Shown here: positions 44,848 through 54,791 of the stretch, piece after piece
Layout: each line of letters opens with the position of its first letter
Numbering within the stretch: position 1 is the stretch's first letter
Source: an uncultured Bacteroidales bacterium
Lineage (GTDB): Bacteria; Bacteroidota; Bacteroidia; Bacteroidales; BM520
NCBI GenBank assembly: GCA_964594665.1
Contig: CAZQNY010000004.1
Location: forward strand, 185 to 64,184
DNA length: 64,000 bases
Reading direction: 5' to 3'
Program-made: the position numbers and the translations under genes
Notes under the pieces: model-generated
Database searches by the model: none
Seen by the model: the letters and a program-made list of their open reading frames with translations, nothing else
What the model was told of the DNA's origin: nothing

Positions 44848-47238
44848 ATGAGAAGAAAATTATCAATGCTGGCATTGCTACTTCTGCCGGCGGCAACATT
44901 TGCAAGTGAAGCGGACCTGGTAATACCAAGCTTAAAAGACAGTATTTTTCCAAAACTGGGTTTAAGTGGCTGGGAACTTCTGCTCTATGGAAGTATCATA
45001 GTAATTTTAGGTTTATTATTTGGAATCTGGCAGGCAGAACGCATAAAAAAGCTACCTGCACATAAGTCGATGCTTAATGTAGCTCAAACTATCTATGAAA
45101 CCTGTAAGACATATCTTCTGCAACAGGGAAAGTTCCTGATCATTTTATTTGGTATACTTGCGTTAGCCATAATATACTACTTTGGCTACTTAAGCAGCTT
45201 TACTGTTGGAAGAACGATGGTTATTTTACTATGGACGGTATTAGGTATTCTGGGATCATACGGTGTAGCGTGGTTTGGCATTCGTATTAACACTTTTGCC
45301 AATGCCCGGACCTCTTTTGCCTCCTTAAAAACCAAACCCTGGGATGTAGTTAAAATCCCGTTGCAGGCAGGTATGAGTGTAGGCGTATTGCTAATTGCGG
45401 TAGAGCTTATTATGATGCTCTTTATTCTGCTGTTTGTCCCCGGTGATGCTGCCGGAGCCTGTTTTATTGGCTTTGCCATTGGAGAATCGCTGGGCGCCAG
45501 TGCATTGCGTATCGCAGGTGGTATTTTCACCAAAATTGCTGATATTGGTTCCGACCTCATGAAAATTGTTTTTAACATCGGGGAAGATGACCCACGAAAC
45601 CCGGGTGTTATTGCTGACTGTACCGGAGATAACGCAGGTGACTCAGTAGGACCTACAGCCGACGGTTTTGAAACCTACGGTGTTACAGGTGTTGCACTTA
45701 TATCCTTTATTGTACTTGCATTTAAAGAAATCCCTTTTCAGGGAACCATTATCGCCTGGATCTTTGTTATGCGTATCATGATGGTGTTCACCTCTTTATT
45801 CAGTTACTGGCTCAATAATGTTATTTCTACCAAGCGGTTTGAAGATAAAGAAAAGTTTAATTTTGAAACCCCTTTAACCACCCTGGTATGGATTACATCT
45901 ATTGTTTCTATCATTGTAACCTATCTTGTAAGTTATCTTTTAATAGGTGATATCACCACAGAAAGCGGGCTGCATATCACTGATATCTGGTGGAAGCTTG
46001 CAACTATCATCAGTTGTGGTACGCTGGCAGCAGCACTTATCCCGGAGCTCACCAAAGCATTTACATCCTCCAAATCGCGTCATGTGCAGGAAGTTGTTAC
46101 GGCAAGTCGTGAAGGTGGTGCCTCTCTGAATATTCTTTCCGGTATGGTTGCCGGTAATTTCAGTGCTTTCTGGAAAGGTCTTGTTATCGCAGGGCTTATG
46201 GCGATAGCCTACGCTGTCAGCAACCAGGGCCTTGGAGAGCTAATGACCAACCCGAGTATCTTTGCATTCGGTCTGGTAGCATTTGGGTTCCTCGGTATGG
46301 GGCCTGTCACCATTGCCGTCGACAGTTACGGTCCGGTAACCGATAATGCACAATCGGTGTTTGAACTGTCACGTATTGAAAGTATTGACTATATCCATGA
46401 CGAAATTGAGCGTGACTTTGGTTTCCGCCCCAATTTTGAAACCGGAAAACATTACCTCGAAGACAATGATTCGGCAGGAAATACCTTTAAAGCCACAGCC
46501 AAACCGGTACTTATTGGTACTGCTGTTATCGGTGCGACAACCATGATTTTCAGTATTATTCTTATTTTGGAGCATGCAGGGTTACTGGATATTGAGCTCA
46601 CTTCTGCTCCTGTATTATTAGGTTTTATTTGTGGCGGAGCTGTTATTTACTGGTTCTCCGGCGCTTCTATGCAAGCTGTAACTACCGGAGCCTACAGGGC
46701 TGTAGAGTTCATTAAGAAAAACATAAAACTTGATAAAGATGAAGCAGATATTGAAGATAGTAAAGCGGTGGTGAAAATCTGTACACAATATGCCCAGCAG
46801 GGTATGTGGAACATCTTTGGTGTAATTTTCAGCATTACGCTGGCCTTTGCATTCATCGACCCGAATTTCTTTGTTTCTTACCTGATCTCCATTGCAGTTT
46901 TTGGGCTTTTCCAGGCCATGTATATGGCCAATGCCGGTGGTGCATGGGACAATGCCAAGAAAGTTGTGGAAGTCGACCTTCAGGAAAAAAACACACCTTT
47001 GCATGAAGCAACTATTGTAGGTGATACGGTTGGTGATCCTTATAAAGATACATCTTCGGTAGCTCTTAACCCCATCATTAAATTTTCAACACTTTTTGGG
47101 CTTCTGGCTGCTGAAATCTCAATTGGCCTGATCGAAAACGGCCAAACACGTACCTCCATATGGATTGGGGTTTTATTTCTGCTGGTAGCACTGGCATTTG
47201 TATACCGTTCATTCTATGGTATGAGGATTAAAAAATAA
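44848..47238 (+). CDS. hppA: Membrane-bound H+-translocating pyrophosphatase
   Basis: 796 aa and polytopic. Motifs are GGIFTKIADIGSDL, DCTGDNAGDSVGPTADGFE, AGGAWDNAKK and GDTVGDPYKDTS. It has Lys in GNTFKATAKP. Confidence 0.93.
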   Translation: MRRKLSMLALLLLPAATFASEADLVIPSLKDSIFPKLGLSGWELLLYGSIIVILGLLFGIWQAERIKKLPAHKSMLNVAQTIYETCKTYLLQQGKFLIILFGILALAIIYYFGYLSSFTVGRTMVILLWTVLGILGSYGVAWFGIRINTFANARTSFASLKTKPWDVVKIPLQAGMSVGVLLIAVELIMMLFILLFVPGDAAGACFIGFAIGESLGASALRIAGGIFTKIADIGSDLMKIVFNIGEDDPRNPGVIADCTGDNAGDSVGPTADGFETYGVTGVALISFIVLAFKEIPFQGTIIAWIFVMRIMMVFTSLFSYWLNNVISTKRFEDKEKFNFETPLTTLVWITSIVSIIVTYLVSYLLIGDITTESGLHITDIWWKLATIISCGTLAAALIPELTKAFTSSKSRHVQEVVTASREGGASLNILSGMVAGNFSAFWKGLVIAGLMAIAYAVSNQGLGELMTNPSIFAFGLVAFGFLGMGPVTIAVDSYGPVTDNAQSVFELSRIESIDYIHDEIERDFGFRPNFETGKHYLEDNDSAGNTFKATAKPVLIGTAVIGATTMIFSIILILEHAGLLDIELTSAPVLLGFICGGAVIYWFSGASMQAVTTGAYRAVEFIKKNIKLDKDEADIEDSKAVVKICTQYAQQGMWNIFGVIFSITLAFAFIDPNFFVSYLISIAVFGLFQAMYMANAGGAWDNAKKVVEVDLQEKNTPLHEATIVGDTVGDPYKDTSSVALNPIIKFSTLFGLLAAEISIGLIENGQTRTSIWIGVLFLLVALAFVYRSFYGMRIKK

Positions 47239-47260
47239 TACACACTCACAATACAAATAA

Positions 47261-47293
47261 AAAAAGCTCCGGCAGTTATGTCGGAGTTTTTTT
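47261..47293 (+). terminator. Intrinsic terminator after hppA
   Basis: AAAAAGCTCCG, a 10-nt loop, and CGGAG are followed by T7. Confidence 0.7.
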
Positions 47294-47338
47294 GTTATTA
47301 CAAAAGATAAATCCTGTCAAAAAATCAAAATATTTACT

Positions 47339-47346
47339 TATTTTTG
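47339..47346 (+). promoter_or_regulatory. -7 box for the FG-GAP T9SS cargo gene
   Basis: TATTTTTG lies 41 nt upstream of ATG 47388. Confidence 0.4.
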
Positions 47347-47387
47347 ATATTTACATATTAACCGGATACCAAACCGACAATATTATT

Positions 47388-49052
47388 ATGAAAAAGTATT
47401 TTTTTATCCCCATAATGCTGTTATTATGCAGTATTTCATATTCACAGGAATTCATTCAAACGGAGTGCAATAATTTTTTCGAGGCTTTTTGGGCTTCATG
47501 TGATTGGGGAGATATGGATAATGACGGCGACTTGGATGTTCTGGTTTCAGGTGCCCGGGGTGAATTAATCCCTACTACTGAAGTATATCGTAATGAAGGG
47601 AATGACAATTTTGCCCGAATGGATTCGTGTGAATTTACCGGGCTATACCATTCACAGTCAGGCGCTAAATGGTGCGACTACAACATGGATGGTTTCGCTG
47701 ACTTTATTATTGCCGGGGAAGATTCAAATAGCACGTCCAGGACAATACTATACAAAAACATCAACGGAAAAACTTTTGAAGCCCAGCCGGAAATTTTCGC
47801 GGCATCCAGCAAAGGGGTAATCAGCTGGCCGGACATAGATCAGGACGGGGACCCCGATCTATGCATCAGCGGGATGGATACGAACTACCTTCATGTGACA
47901 AATTTATATGAAAACAATGGCGACGGGACCTTTACAATAATTGAAAACCATGGCCTTCCGGGGGTTGTGGAAAGCGCCTTTGCATGGGGCGATTACAACA
48001 ACGACGGATATGTAGATGTTTTTATTGTTGGCATAGAATACAGCAACGAATATTTGGGTGAGCTTTATGCCAACAACTGGAACAACACCTTTTCGCCGGT
48101 TTTAATTCACCCCACACCATTTTCCGGGTTTCGCGACGGGCGCGCCGCATGGGCCGACTACGACAAAGACGGAGATCTGGATCTGGCATATGGAGGTTCT
48201 CCGGGATCAGGATATGGTGGTAACTACCTCTACCGAAATGAAGACAACAACTACTTCATCCTGCAAAACACCGATTTTCCTGCCATTAACCGTGGCAGTA
48301 TGATCTGGAGTGATCTCAACAACGATACTTATCCGGATCTGATTATATCCGGTTCCACAGGATGGAAAATAAATGAAACTTTTATCTGTATCAACAACGG
48401 TGATGGATCCTTTTCAGAGCCTCTGGAACATAATATGCCCGGATTTTCCATTGGAGAAATTCGCGCCGGAGATTATGATAATGATGGCGATACTGATCTG
48501 CTGGGAAGCGGCCTTACCTATCAGGATCCGGAACATATGACTGCAGTGTTCAAAAACGTGTTAATTGACACAATTACAAATCGTCCGTATACAGTACATC
48601 AAAATATGCTTAAACTGATACCCAACTTTACAGCAACAGGGTATCAGTGGCTTAAAGGCACTGACTATGAAATTATTGAGGGCGCAAATGATATGACATA
48701 TATGCCCGTGGCACCGGGTTATTATTCCGTTGAGCTCTCTTTTGGCAGCTGCCGTGATACTTCAGAATTCTACTATTTTGTATGGCCTAATGGAGTAAAA
48801 AAATACAATACAAATAATATTAACCTCTACCCAAACCCTTGTAATGATATTCTTACCATCGATGCGCATAACATGGAGGGAAATATCACTATCTATATTT
48901 TTAATAATTTTGGAGAAAATGTTATTCAATTTGAAGAAACAGGTGGAAACGATATTTTTATTGATTTAAAATCACTTCCCAATGGGTTGTATCAGATAAA
49001 CTCAACTGATGGAATGAATTTATGGTCAGGCAAGATTATAAAAACCAACTAA
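47388..49052 (+). CDS. FG-GAP/VCBS-repeat protein with T9SS C-terminal sorting domain
   Basis: It has a signal peptide and repeated D.D.DGD.D calcium-binding loops (WGDMDNDGDLDV, DIDQDGDPDL, WADYDKDGDLDL, AGDYDNDGDTDL). The C-terminal NLYPNPCNDILTI is a Por secretion tail. Confidence 0.75.
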   Translation: MKKYFFIPIMLLLCSISYSQEFIQTECNNFFEAFWASCDWGDMDNDGDLDVLVSGARGELIPTTEVYRNEGNDNFARMDSCEFTGLYHSQSGAKWCDYNMDGFADFIIAGEDSNSTSRTILYKNINGKTFEAQPEIFAASSKGVISWPDIDQDGDPDLCISGMDTNYLHVTNLYENNGDGTFTIIENHGLPGVVESAFAWGDYNNDGYVDVFIVGIEYSNEYLGELYANNWNNTFSPVLIHPTPFSGFRDGRAAWADYDKDGDLDLAYGGSPGSGYGGNYLYRNEDNNYFILQNTDFPAINRGSMIWSDLNNDTYPDLIISGSTGWKINETFICINNGDGSFSEPLEHNMPGFSIGEIRAGDYDNDGDTDLLGSGLTYQDPEHMTAVFKNVLIDTITNRPYTVHQNMLKLIPNFTATGYQWLKGTDYEIIEGANDMTYMPVAPGYYSVELSFGSCRDTSEFYYFVWPNGVKKYNTNNINLYPNPCNDILTIDAHNMEGNITIYIFNNFGENVIQFEETGGNDIFIDLKSLPNGLYQINSTDGMNLWSGKIIKTN

Positions 49053-49131
49053 ACTAATTGCATTTTTCAACAATTAACTATATTATGGAACATCAATTTT
49101 TGCATACATTGAATTTCAGTATAAATTTCCG

Positions 49132-49139
49132 TAAATTTG
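49132..49139 (+). promoter_or_regulatory. -7 box for the ferritin-like gene
   Basis: TAAATTTG lies upstream of ATG 49193. Confidence 0.4.
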
Positions 49140-49192
49140 TTAAATTGTAAACGATAAGGAATTATCATAATAACCATAAAAATCATATCAAA

Positions 49193-49705
49193 ATGGGTAA
49201 AGAAGCGATAAATGTATCAACTGTTGATACTGAAAAATTACTGGAAATGTTAAACGCCGCACTGGCAGAGGAGTGGCTGGCATATTATCAATACTGGATT
49301 GGAGCCCGCCTGATGGAAGGCCCGATGAGAAGTGAAGTGGAACCGGAATTATTGCTTCATGCAACGGAAGAGCTGGGGCATGCAGAACTTGTTGCTGACA
49401 GAATCATTCAGCTTGGTGGTACACCGGTTATTAATCCCAACCAATGGACAAAACTTGCACGTTGTTCGTACGATGAACCCGCAGATCCTTACATTGAGGT
49501 TATTCTGGAGCAAAACCTGAAAGGTGAAAGATGCGCCATAAAACGTTATCAGGAAATTGCCGACTTTACTGCTGGTAAAGATCACTCCACCCATCAAATG
49601 GCAATCCAGATTCTAAATGATGAGCTCGAGCATGAAGATGATATTGAAGCCTGGATGACCGACCTGGAGCGGATGAAAGAAGAATTCAGGAAAATAAGAC
49701 TGTAA
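49193..49705 (+). CDS. Ferritin-like di-iron protein (Dps-like DPSL / bacterioferritin-related)
   Basis: 170 aa with ferroxidase-type ligands (EEWLAYYQY, ATEELGHAE, NDELEHEDD) and two Cys residues (ARCSYDE, GERCAIKRY), as in DPSL proteins. Confidence 0.7.
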   Translation: MGKEAINVSTVDTEKLLEMLNAALAEEWLAYYQYWIGARLMEGPMRSEVEPELLLHATEELGHAELVADRIIQLGGTPVINPNQWTKLARCSYDEPADPYIEVILEQNLKGERCAIKRYQEIADFTAGKDHSTHQMAIQILNDELEHEDDIEAWMTDLERMKEEFRKIRL

Positions 49706-49725
49706 AATATATTCTTCCCAATGCA

Positions 49726-49757
49726 AACCCGACAAGTATCCTTGCCGGGTTTTTTTG
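49726..49757 (+). terminator. Intrinsic terminator after the ferritin-like gene
   Basis: AACCCGACAAG, a 4-nt loop, and CTTGCCGGGTT (one mismatch) are followed by a T-run. Confidence 0.7.
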
Positions 49758-49855
49758 TGGCTTTATATTACCATCTGATAAACTCAAAGCACTGTACGCT
49801 GCCCGGTTTCTTTATATAATCAGTAACAATATTATTCTCCGTAAAGCATTGAAAT

Positions 49856-49869
49856 TGCAATCGTTTGCG
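49856..49869. promoter_or_regulatory. LacI-type operator-like site upstream of the treS operon
   Basis: TGCAATCGTTTGCG matches the hppA palindrome core TGCAAACGTTTGCA at 12 of 14 positions. In both cases the next bases are TAA. Confidence 0.4.
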
Positions 49870-49914
49870 TAATTATTCCTGCCAAAACGTTGCTATTCAA
49901 CGGTTTTGATTTGC

Positions 49915-49922
49915 TATTTTTG
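49915..49922 (+). promoter_or_regulatory. -7 box for the treS operon
   Basis: TATTTTTG lies 44 nt upstream of ATG 49967. Confidence 0.45.
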
Positions 49923-49966
49923 AACTACTGAACTGTTTTAAGGTTTAATAATAAAACACGCAACAC

Positions 49967-51694
49967 ATGGACAGGAATACATTATACAGCAGATTATCAG
50001 AGTTCTGGAATATTCTATATGGAAATAAAGAGGAAAACCTACTGGATAATTTCACTGAAGAACTGGTTCAGTTTAAGAACTTCAATACTACTAATTCTCT
50101 TTCAGCTGGTTGGTATAAAGATGCTATTGTATACTCGCTATATGTTGATTTATTCAATGAAACATTCAACGGGTTAGTACAAAAACTTGATTACCTTGAG
50201 AACCTGGGAGTCAATTGTATCTGGCTTTTACCTGTACTGGAATCTCCCATGCGTGATGCGGGTTTTGATATTTCGGATTACAGAGCCATCAGAAAATCAC
50301 TACTGGGGCTTCCTGAGACCGCCCCGGGTGAAGAAGCAGAACGATTATTCAAACAGTTTCTTGAGGAGGCACATAAACGTAATATCAAGGTAATCTTCGA
50401 TATTGCCATGAATCATGTTTCTGAGGATCATGCATGGTTTCAACAGGCCAAAAGCAGTACAGACAGTCCATATCGTGATTATTTCATCTGGAATGATGAT
50501 GAAAATAAATACACCGACGCACGGTTACTTTTCAAAGGTATGTGCCCGAGCAATTGGGAAAAATCAGGAGATCAGTATTTCTTCCATCGCTTTTTTGAAT
50601 TCCAGCCCGACCTGAACTATCGCAATCCAAAGGTTTTGATAGAAATGTGTCAGAATATACTCTACTGGGTTTCGCAGGATGTTGATGGATTCCGTGCTGA
50701 TGCAATACCCTACCTTTGGAAAGAGGAGGGCACTGATTGTGAAAATCTTCCACAGACCCATACAATCGTAAAATTCTTTAAAACGGTTCTTGATTTTGTA
50801 CGGTCCAATACCCTGCTACTTGCAGAGGCCTGTCAAAAACCCGTTGAAGTGGTGAAATATATTGGCAAAGGAGATGAATGCAACGCTGGATATCATTTCC
50901 CTCTGATGCCAATGATCTACAAATCAATTGCTACCGGCTCCAGGGAACCGATAAAAAACACGCTGAGCACAGATGTTACACCTGCGATATCGACAGATAG
51001 TCAATGGTTTACATTCCTTAGATGCCACGATGAACTGAGTCTGGAACTTGTATATGTTACGGAAGAAGACCGCAGACTGATACATGAAAGTTATTGCCAT
51101 GATAAGATGTGGGATTTCCGTATTGGTGAAGGCATATCAGCACGTCTCGCAGAGCTCATGCAACGTAACCCGGATAAGATAGCTCTTGCCTTTTCTGTAA
51201 TGCTAACCCTCCCCGGCACACCGATCATCTATTATGGTGATGAGTTTGCAAAACTTAATGATGTGGATTACTATAAAGAACAGATCCGTTTTACCGGAAA
51301 AGATGATACCCGTTTTCTGGTGAGGGGAGAAATAGACTGGGAAAGCACTGAAAAAGACCTGCAAAACCCGGATACCCTTGGTTATAAAGTATTCAACAGG
51401 CTATCAAAGATGATCGAAGTGCGTAAATCATTTAAAGCCTTTGGTCGTGGTGAAATGGAATGGATCGACATAAAAGATTCATCAGGAAATATTATTCCGG
51501 AGATCATGGCCTGGGCCCGCATATATGATCATGACCATATCGTTATTATTCATAACCTTTCAGACAAGCAGGTTTTCATCCCGGAGAATACAAATAAAAT
51601 ATGCGCAGGAAGGGAAGATCGATTGGGTCAGCTTTGCCCTGAGAGCAATGAAAAGGGGATCACATTAGAACCCTGTTCATTTTTCTGGATATAA
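49967..51694 (+). CDS. treS: GH13 trehalose synthase-like maltose alpha-D-glucosyltransferase
   Basis: 575 aa with no signal peptide. TreS-like blocks are WYKDAIVYSLYV, LGVNCIWLLPV..SPMRDAGFDISDY, FHRFFEFQPDLNYRNP, VDGFRADAIPYLW.EEGT.CENLP, LLLAEACQ, FLRCHDELSLE and LPGTPIIYYGDE. Confidence 0.8.
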   Translation: MDRNTLYSRLSEFWNILYGNKEENLLDNFTEELVQFKNFNTTNSLSAGWYKDAIVYSLYVDLFNETFNGLVQKLDYLENLGVNCIWLLPVLESPMRDAGFDISDYRAIRKSLLGLPETAPGEEAERLFKQFLEEAHKRNIKVIFDIAMNHVSEDHAWFQQAKSSTDSPYRDYFIWNDDENKYTDARLLFKGMCPSNWEKSGDQYFFHRFFEFQPDLNYRNPKVLIEMCQNILYWVSQDVDGFRADAIPYLWKEEGTDCENLPQTHTIVKFFKTVLDFVRSNTLLLAEACQKPVEVVKYIGKGDECNAGYHFPLMPMIYKSIATGSREPIKNTLSTDVTPAISTDSQWFTFLRCHDELSLELVYVTEEDRRLIHESYCHDKMWDFRIGEGISARLAELMQRNPDKIALAFSVMLTLPGTPIIYYGDEFAKLNDVDYYKEQIRFTGKDDTRFLVRGEIDWESTEKDLQNPDTLGYKVFNRLSKMIEVRKSFKAFGRGEMEWIDIKDSSGNIIPEIMAWARIYDHDHIVIIHNLSDKQVFIPENTNKICAGREDRLGQLCPESNEKGITLEPCSFFWI

Positions 51695-51729
51695 TTTTAA
51701 AAGATAAAAACAGCATTAGAACAGTACAT

Positions 51730-54700
51730 ATGAACAAGCATTCATTTAAAGCCGTTATTTTCGACCTTGACGGAGTGATTACACAAACAGCAAAAGTACA
51801 CTCGCGGGCATGGAAAGAGATGTTTGATGAGTTTCTGAAAGCCTATTCCGAACAGGAAGGTGTTCCTTTCCGGGAATTTACTCATGAAGATGACTACTTA
51901 CCGTTTGTCGATGGGAAACCCCGTTACAAAGGTGTTGCATCATTCCTGGAATCCAGGGCAATAAACCTCCCCTACGGGTCTCCGGAAGACTCTTCCGAAA
52001 TGTTCACGGCATGTGGGCTGGGAAACAGAAAAAATGAAAAATTCAATGAAATAATTGCAAAAGACGGTGTAGAGGTATTTCCCACATCTGTAGCATTCAT
52101 TAATGAACTTCGCGAAGAAGGAATTCATATTGCTGTTGCCACATCATCGAAAAATTGTGATGCCGTATTAAAAGCCACCGGACTTGATGGTATTTTTGAG
52201 GCGCAGGTTGATGGCGTATACAGTGCTGCCAATAACCTGAGCGGGAAACCTGACCCGGATATTTTTACTACAGCTGCCGATATCATAGGCATCCCTTATG
52301 ATCAGGCTGTTGTTGTTGAAGATGCTGTTTCCGGTGTTATGGCAGGCAGCAGAGGAAATTTTGGTCTTGTACTCGGTGTTGCCAGAGAGGACAACCTTGA
52401 TGAGCTGGAGAAAAATGGTGCTGACATTGTCGTTGAGGATCTGGGGGATATTACACTGGAAGAAATCGACACCTGGTTTGACGAAGGACTGGAAGAAGAC
52501 GGATGGCAGATAACCTACAAAAACTACGACAGGGAAAAGGAAAAGACCCGTGAAGCACTGCTTACTGTTGGAAACGGTTTTTTTGGTACCCGTGGCGCCA
52601 TGGAAGAATGTCTTGCCGGTGAGAATCATTATCCGGGAACTTATATTGCCGGTTTATATAACCGTCTGACTTCGAAAGTTGGTGACCGGGATATTGAAAA
52701 TGAAGATTTTGTTAACATCCCCGACTGGACCTCAACATCATTTAAAATTAATGATGGTGAATGGTTTAATCCCGACACATGGAATATTGAATTCTTCCGC
52801 AGAAACCTGGATATGGGTTCGGGTGAAATGACCAGAGATATTCTCGCAACCGATTCCGAAGGACATACGGTTCTTATTGAGTCTGCACGATTTGCAAGCA
52901 TGAAGAACATGCACCTCGGTGGATTAATGTATAGTATTACTCCCCTGAATTTCAGTGGAAAGATCACGGTAAAATCCGGCATTAACGGAGACATCATTAA
53001 CGAAGGGGTTAAAAGATACAGTGATTTAAACCAAAAGCAAATTGAAGCTGACCTGGAGCAGGCACTGGATGATTCACTATTGGTTCAGGTGCGCACAACC
53101 CAGTCGGATGTAAACATTGCTGTTGCTGTTCGCTTTCCTGAAGCCAGGCCGCAGCGAACGGAAACAGGCAACGGAAAAGCCTATGCATATTGGGATATCG
53201 ATCTTCAACAGGAAGAGACTTTCGATCTGGAAAAAATCGCAGCCATATACACTTCTGTTCGAAATAAAAACGACTTTGCAGCTCAGGCAATGAGCGATGT
53301 TAAAGAAGCAGAAAGTTACTTCATGTGCGCTACCGAAAGCATGGCTGCATGGAGTGAATTATGGGATGTTGCAGATATTCAGATCGAAGGCGACAGAGAG
53401 GCACAGAAACTTATACGTTTACATATCTACCACTTGCTCAGCAGTTTTTCACCGCATAACGAAAAGCTGGATGCAAGTATTACAGCCCGGGGATTGCATG
53501 GTGAAGCATACCGCGGTCACATCTTCTGGGATGAACTTTTTGTTATGCCATGGTACAGCAGAACATTTCCCAATGCGGCAAAAGCAATGCTGATGTACCG
53601 CTATCGCCGACTCGACAAAGCACGGGAGTATGCCAATATTCATGGTCATAAAGGCGCCATGTATCCCTGGCAAAGTGGTTCTGACGGCAGAGAAGAAACC
53701 CAGGTTGTGCACCTGAACCCCGTTTCAGGTGAGTGGGGCGATGATTACAGCTCGATGCAGCGTCATGTCTCTCTGGCTGTGGCTTATAATGTATCTACAT
53801 ATTATCATACCACACAAGATGTGGAGTTCATGAATAGCTACGGACTGGAAATGTTGCTTGAGATCACCCGTTTCTGGGTATCTAAAATGAAAGAAAACAC
53901 CAATGGCAGATACAGCATTGATGGAGTAATGGGACCCGATGAATTCCATGAAAAGCTTCCCGGTCAGGATAAAGGCGGACTGGCAGATAATGCTTACACA
54001 AACATTATGACCACCTGGCTACTGGAAGAAGTAATCGCATTAAAGAATAACGATAAAATAAACTTTGATGCGATTTCAGATAAAATCAAAGTATCGGATA
54101 AAGAAACAGAGCAATGGGAAAAGATTGCAGGAAAGGTAAATCTTGTCATCTCGGAAGATGGAATCCTTTCTCAATTTGACGGTTACTTAGATTTAAAAGA
54201 GCTTGACTGGGATGACTACCGCAAGCGTTATGGTAACATACACCGCATGGACAGGATTCTTAAATCGGAAGGATTAAGTCCTGACAGTTTCAAAGTTGCC
54301 AAACAAGCTGATACGCTGATGACATTTTATAATCTTAATAACGAAACAGTAACACGTATTTTGAATGACCTTGGATACGCAGTTCCGGAAGATTACATCA
54401 GTAAAAACCTCGACTACTACCTTGGCCGTACCAGCCATGGAAGCACATTAAGTCGTGTGGTACATGCATATCTGGCACGGATGATTGGCCGCAACAAGCT
54501 AAGCTGGGAGCTGTATCTTGATGCATTGCGAAGCGACTTTGTTGACATTCAGGGAGGCACAACAGCAGAAGGAATCCATGCAGGTGTTATGGCCGGAACC
54601 ATTGAAATTGCGCAAAAAGCATTCGCGGGGCTGGATCTCAGAGGTGATAACATCGTTTTTGAACCCTCTATGCCTGATCACTGGCGAAAAATGGCATTCT

Positions 54701-54780
54701 GTTTCTATTTCCACGGAACGCTGTACCATGCAGAAATTGATAATGGAGTAGCATCTTTAAATAAATTGCAATTAGATTAA
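51730..54780 (+). CDS. Fusion protein: beta-phosphoglucomutase-like HAD domain + GH65 disaccharide phosphorylase (maltose/trehalose/kojibiose phosphorylase family)
   Basis: 1016 aa. The N-terminal ~250 aa are HAD (VIFDLDGVITQT, GKPDPDIF, VVVEDAVSGV). The remainder is GH65 (LLTVGNGFFGTRGA, GLHGEAYRGHIFWDELFVMPWY, YPWQSGSDGREET). Confidence 0.85.
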   Translation: MNKHSFKAVIFDLDGVITQTAKVHSRAWKEMFDEFLKAYSEQEGVPFREFTHEDDYLPFVDGKPRYKGVASFLESRAINLPYGSPEDSSEMFTACGLGNRKNEKFNEIIAKDGVEVFPTSVAFINELREEGIHIAVATSSKNCDAVLKATGLDGIFEAQVDGVYSAANNLSGKPDPDIFTTAADIIGIPYDQAVVVEDAVSGVMAGSRGNFGLVLGVAREDNLDELEKNGADIVVEDLGDITLEEIDTWFDEGLEEDGWQITYKNYDREKEKTREALLTVGNGFFGTRGAMEECLAGENHYPGTYIAGLYNRLTSKVGDRDIENEDFVNIPDWTSTSFKINDGEWFNPDTWNIEFFRRNLDMGSGEMTRDILATDSEGHTVLIESARFASMKNMHLGGLMYSITPLNFSGKITVKSGINGDIINEGVKRYSDLNQKQIEADLEQALDDSLLVQVRTTQSDVNIAVAVRFPEARPQRTETGNGKAYAYWDIDLQQEETFDLEKIAAIYTSVRNKNDFAAQAMSDVKEAESYFMCATESMAAWSELWDVADIQIEGDREAQKLIRLHIYHLLSSFSPHNEKLDASITARGLHGEAYRGHIFWDELFVMPWYSRTFPNAAKAMLMYRYRRLDKAREYANIHGHKGAMYPWQSGSDGREETQVVHLNPVSGEWGDDYSSMQRHVSLAVAYNVSTYYHTTQDVEFMNSYGLEMLLEITRFWVSKMKENTNGRYSIDGVMGPDEFHEKLPGQDKGGLADNAYTNIMTTWLLEEVIALKNNDKINFDAISDKIKVSDKETEQWEKIAGKVNLVISEDGILSQFDGYLDLKELDWDDYRKRYGNIHRMDRILKSEGLSPDSFKVAKQADTLMTFYNLNNETVTRILNDLGYAVPEDYISKNLDYYLGRTSHGSTLSRVVHAYLARMIGRNKLSWELYLDALRSDFVDIQGGTTAEGIHAGVMAGTIEIAQKAFAGLDLRGDNIVFEPSMPDHWRKMAFCFYFHGTLYHAEIDNGVASLNKLQLD

Positions 54781-54791
54781 GCATCAGAATT

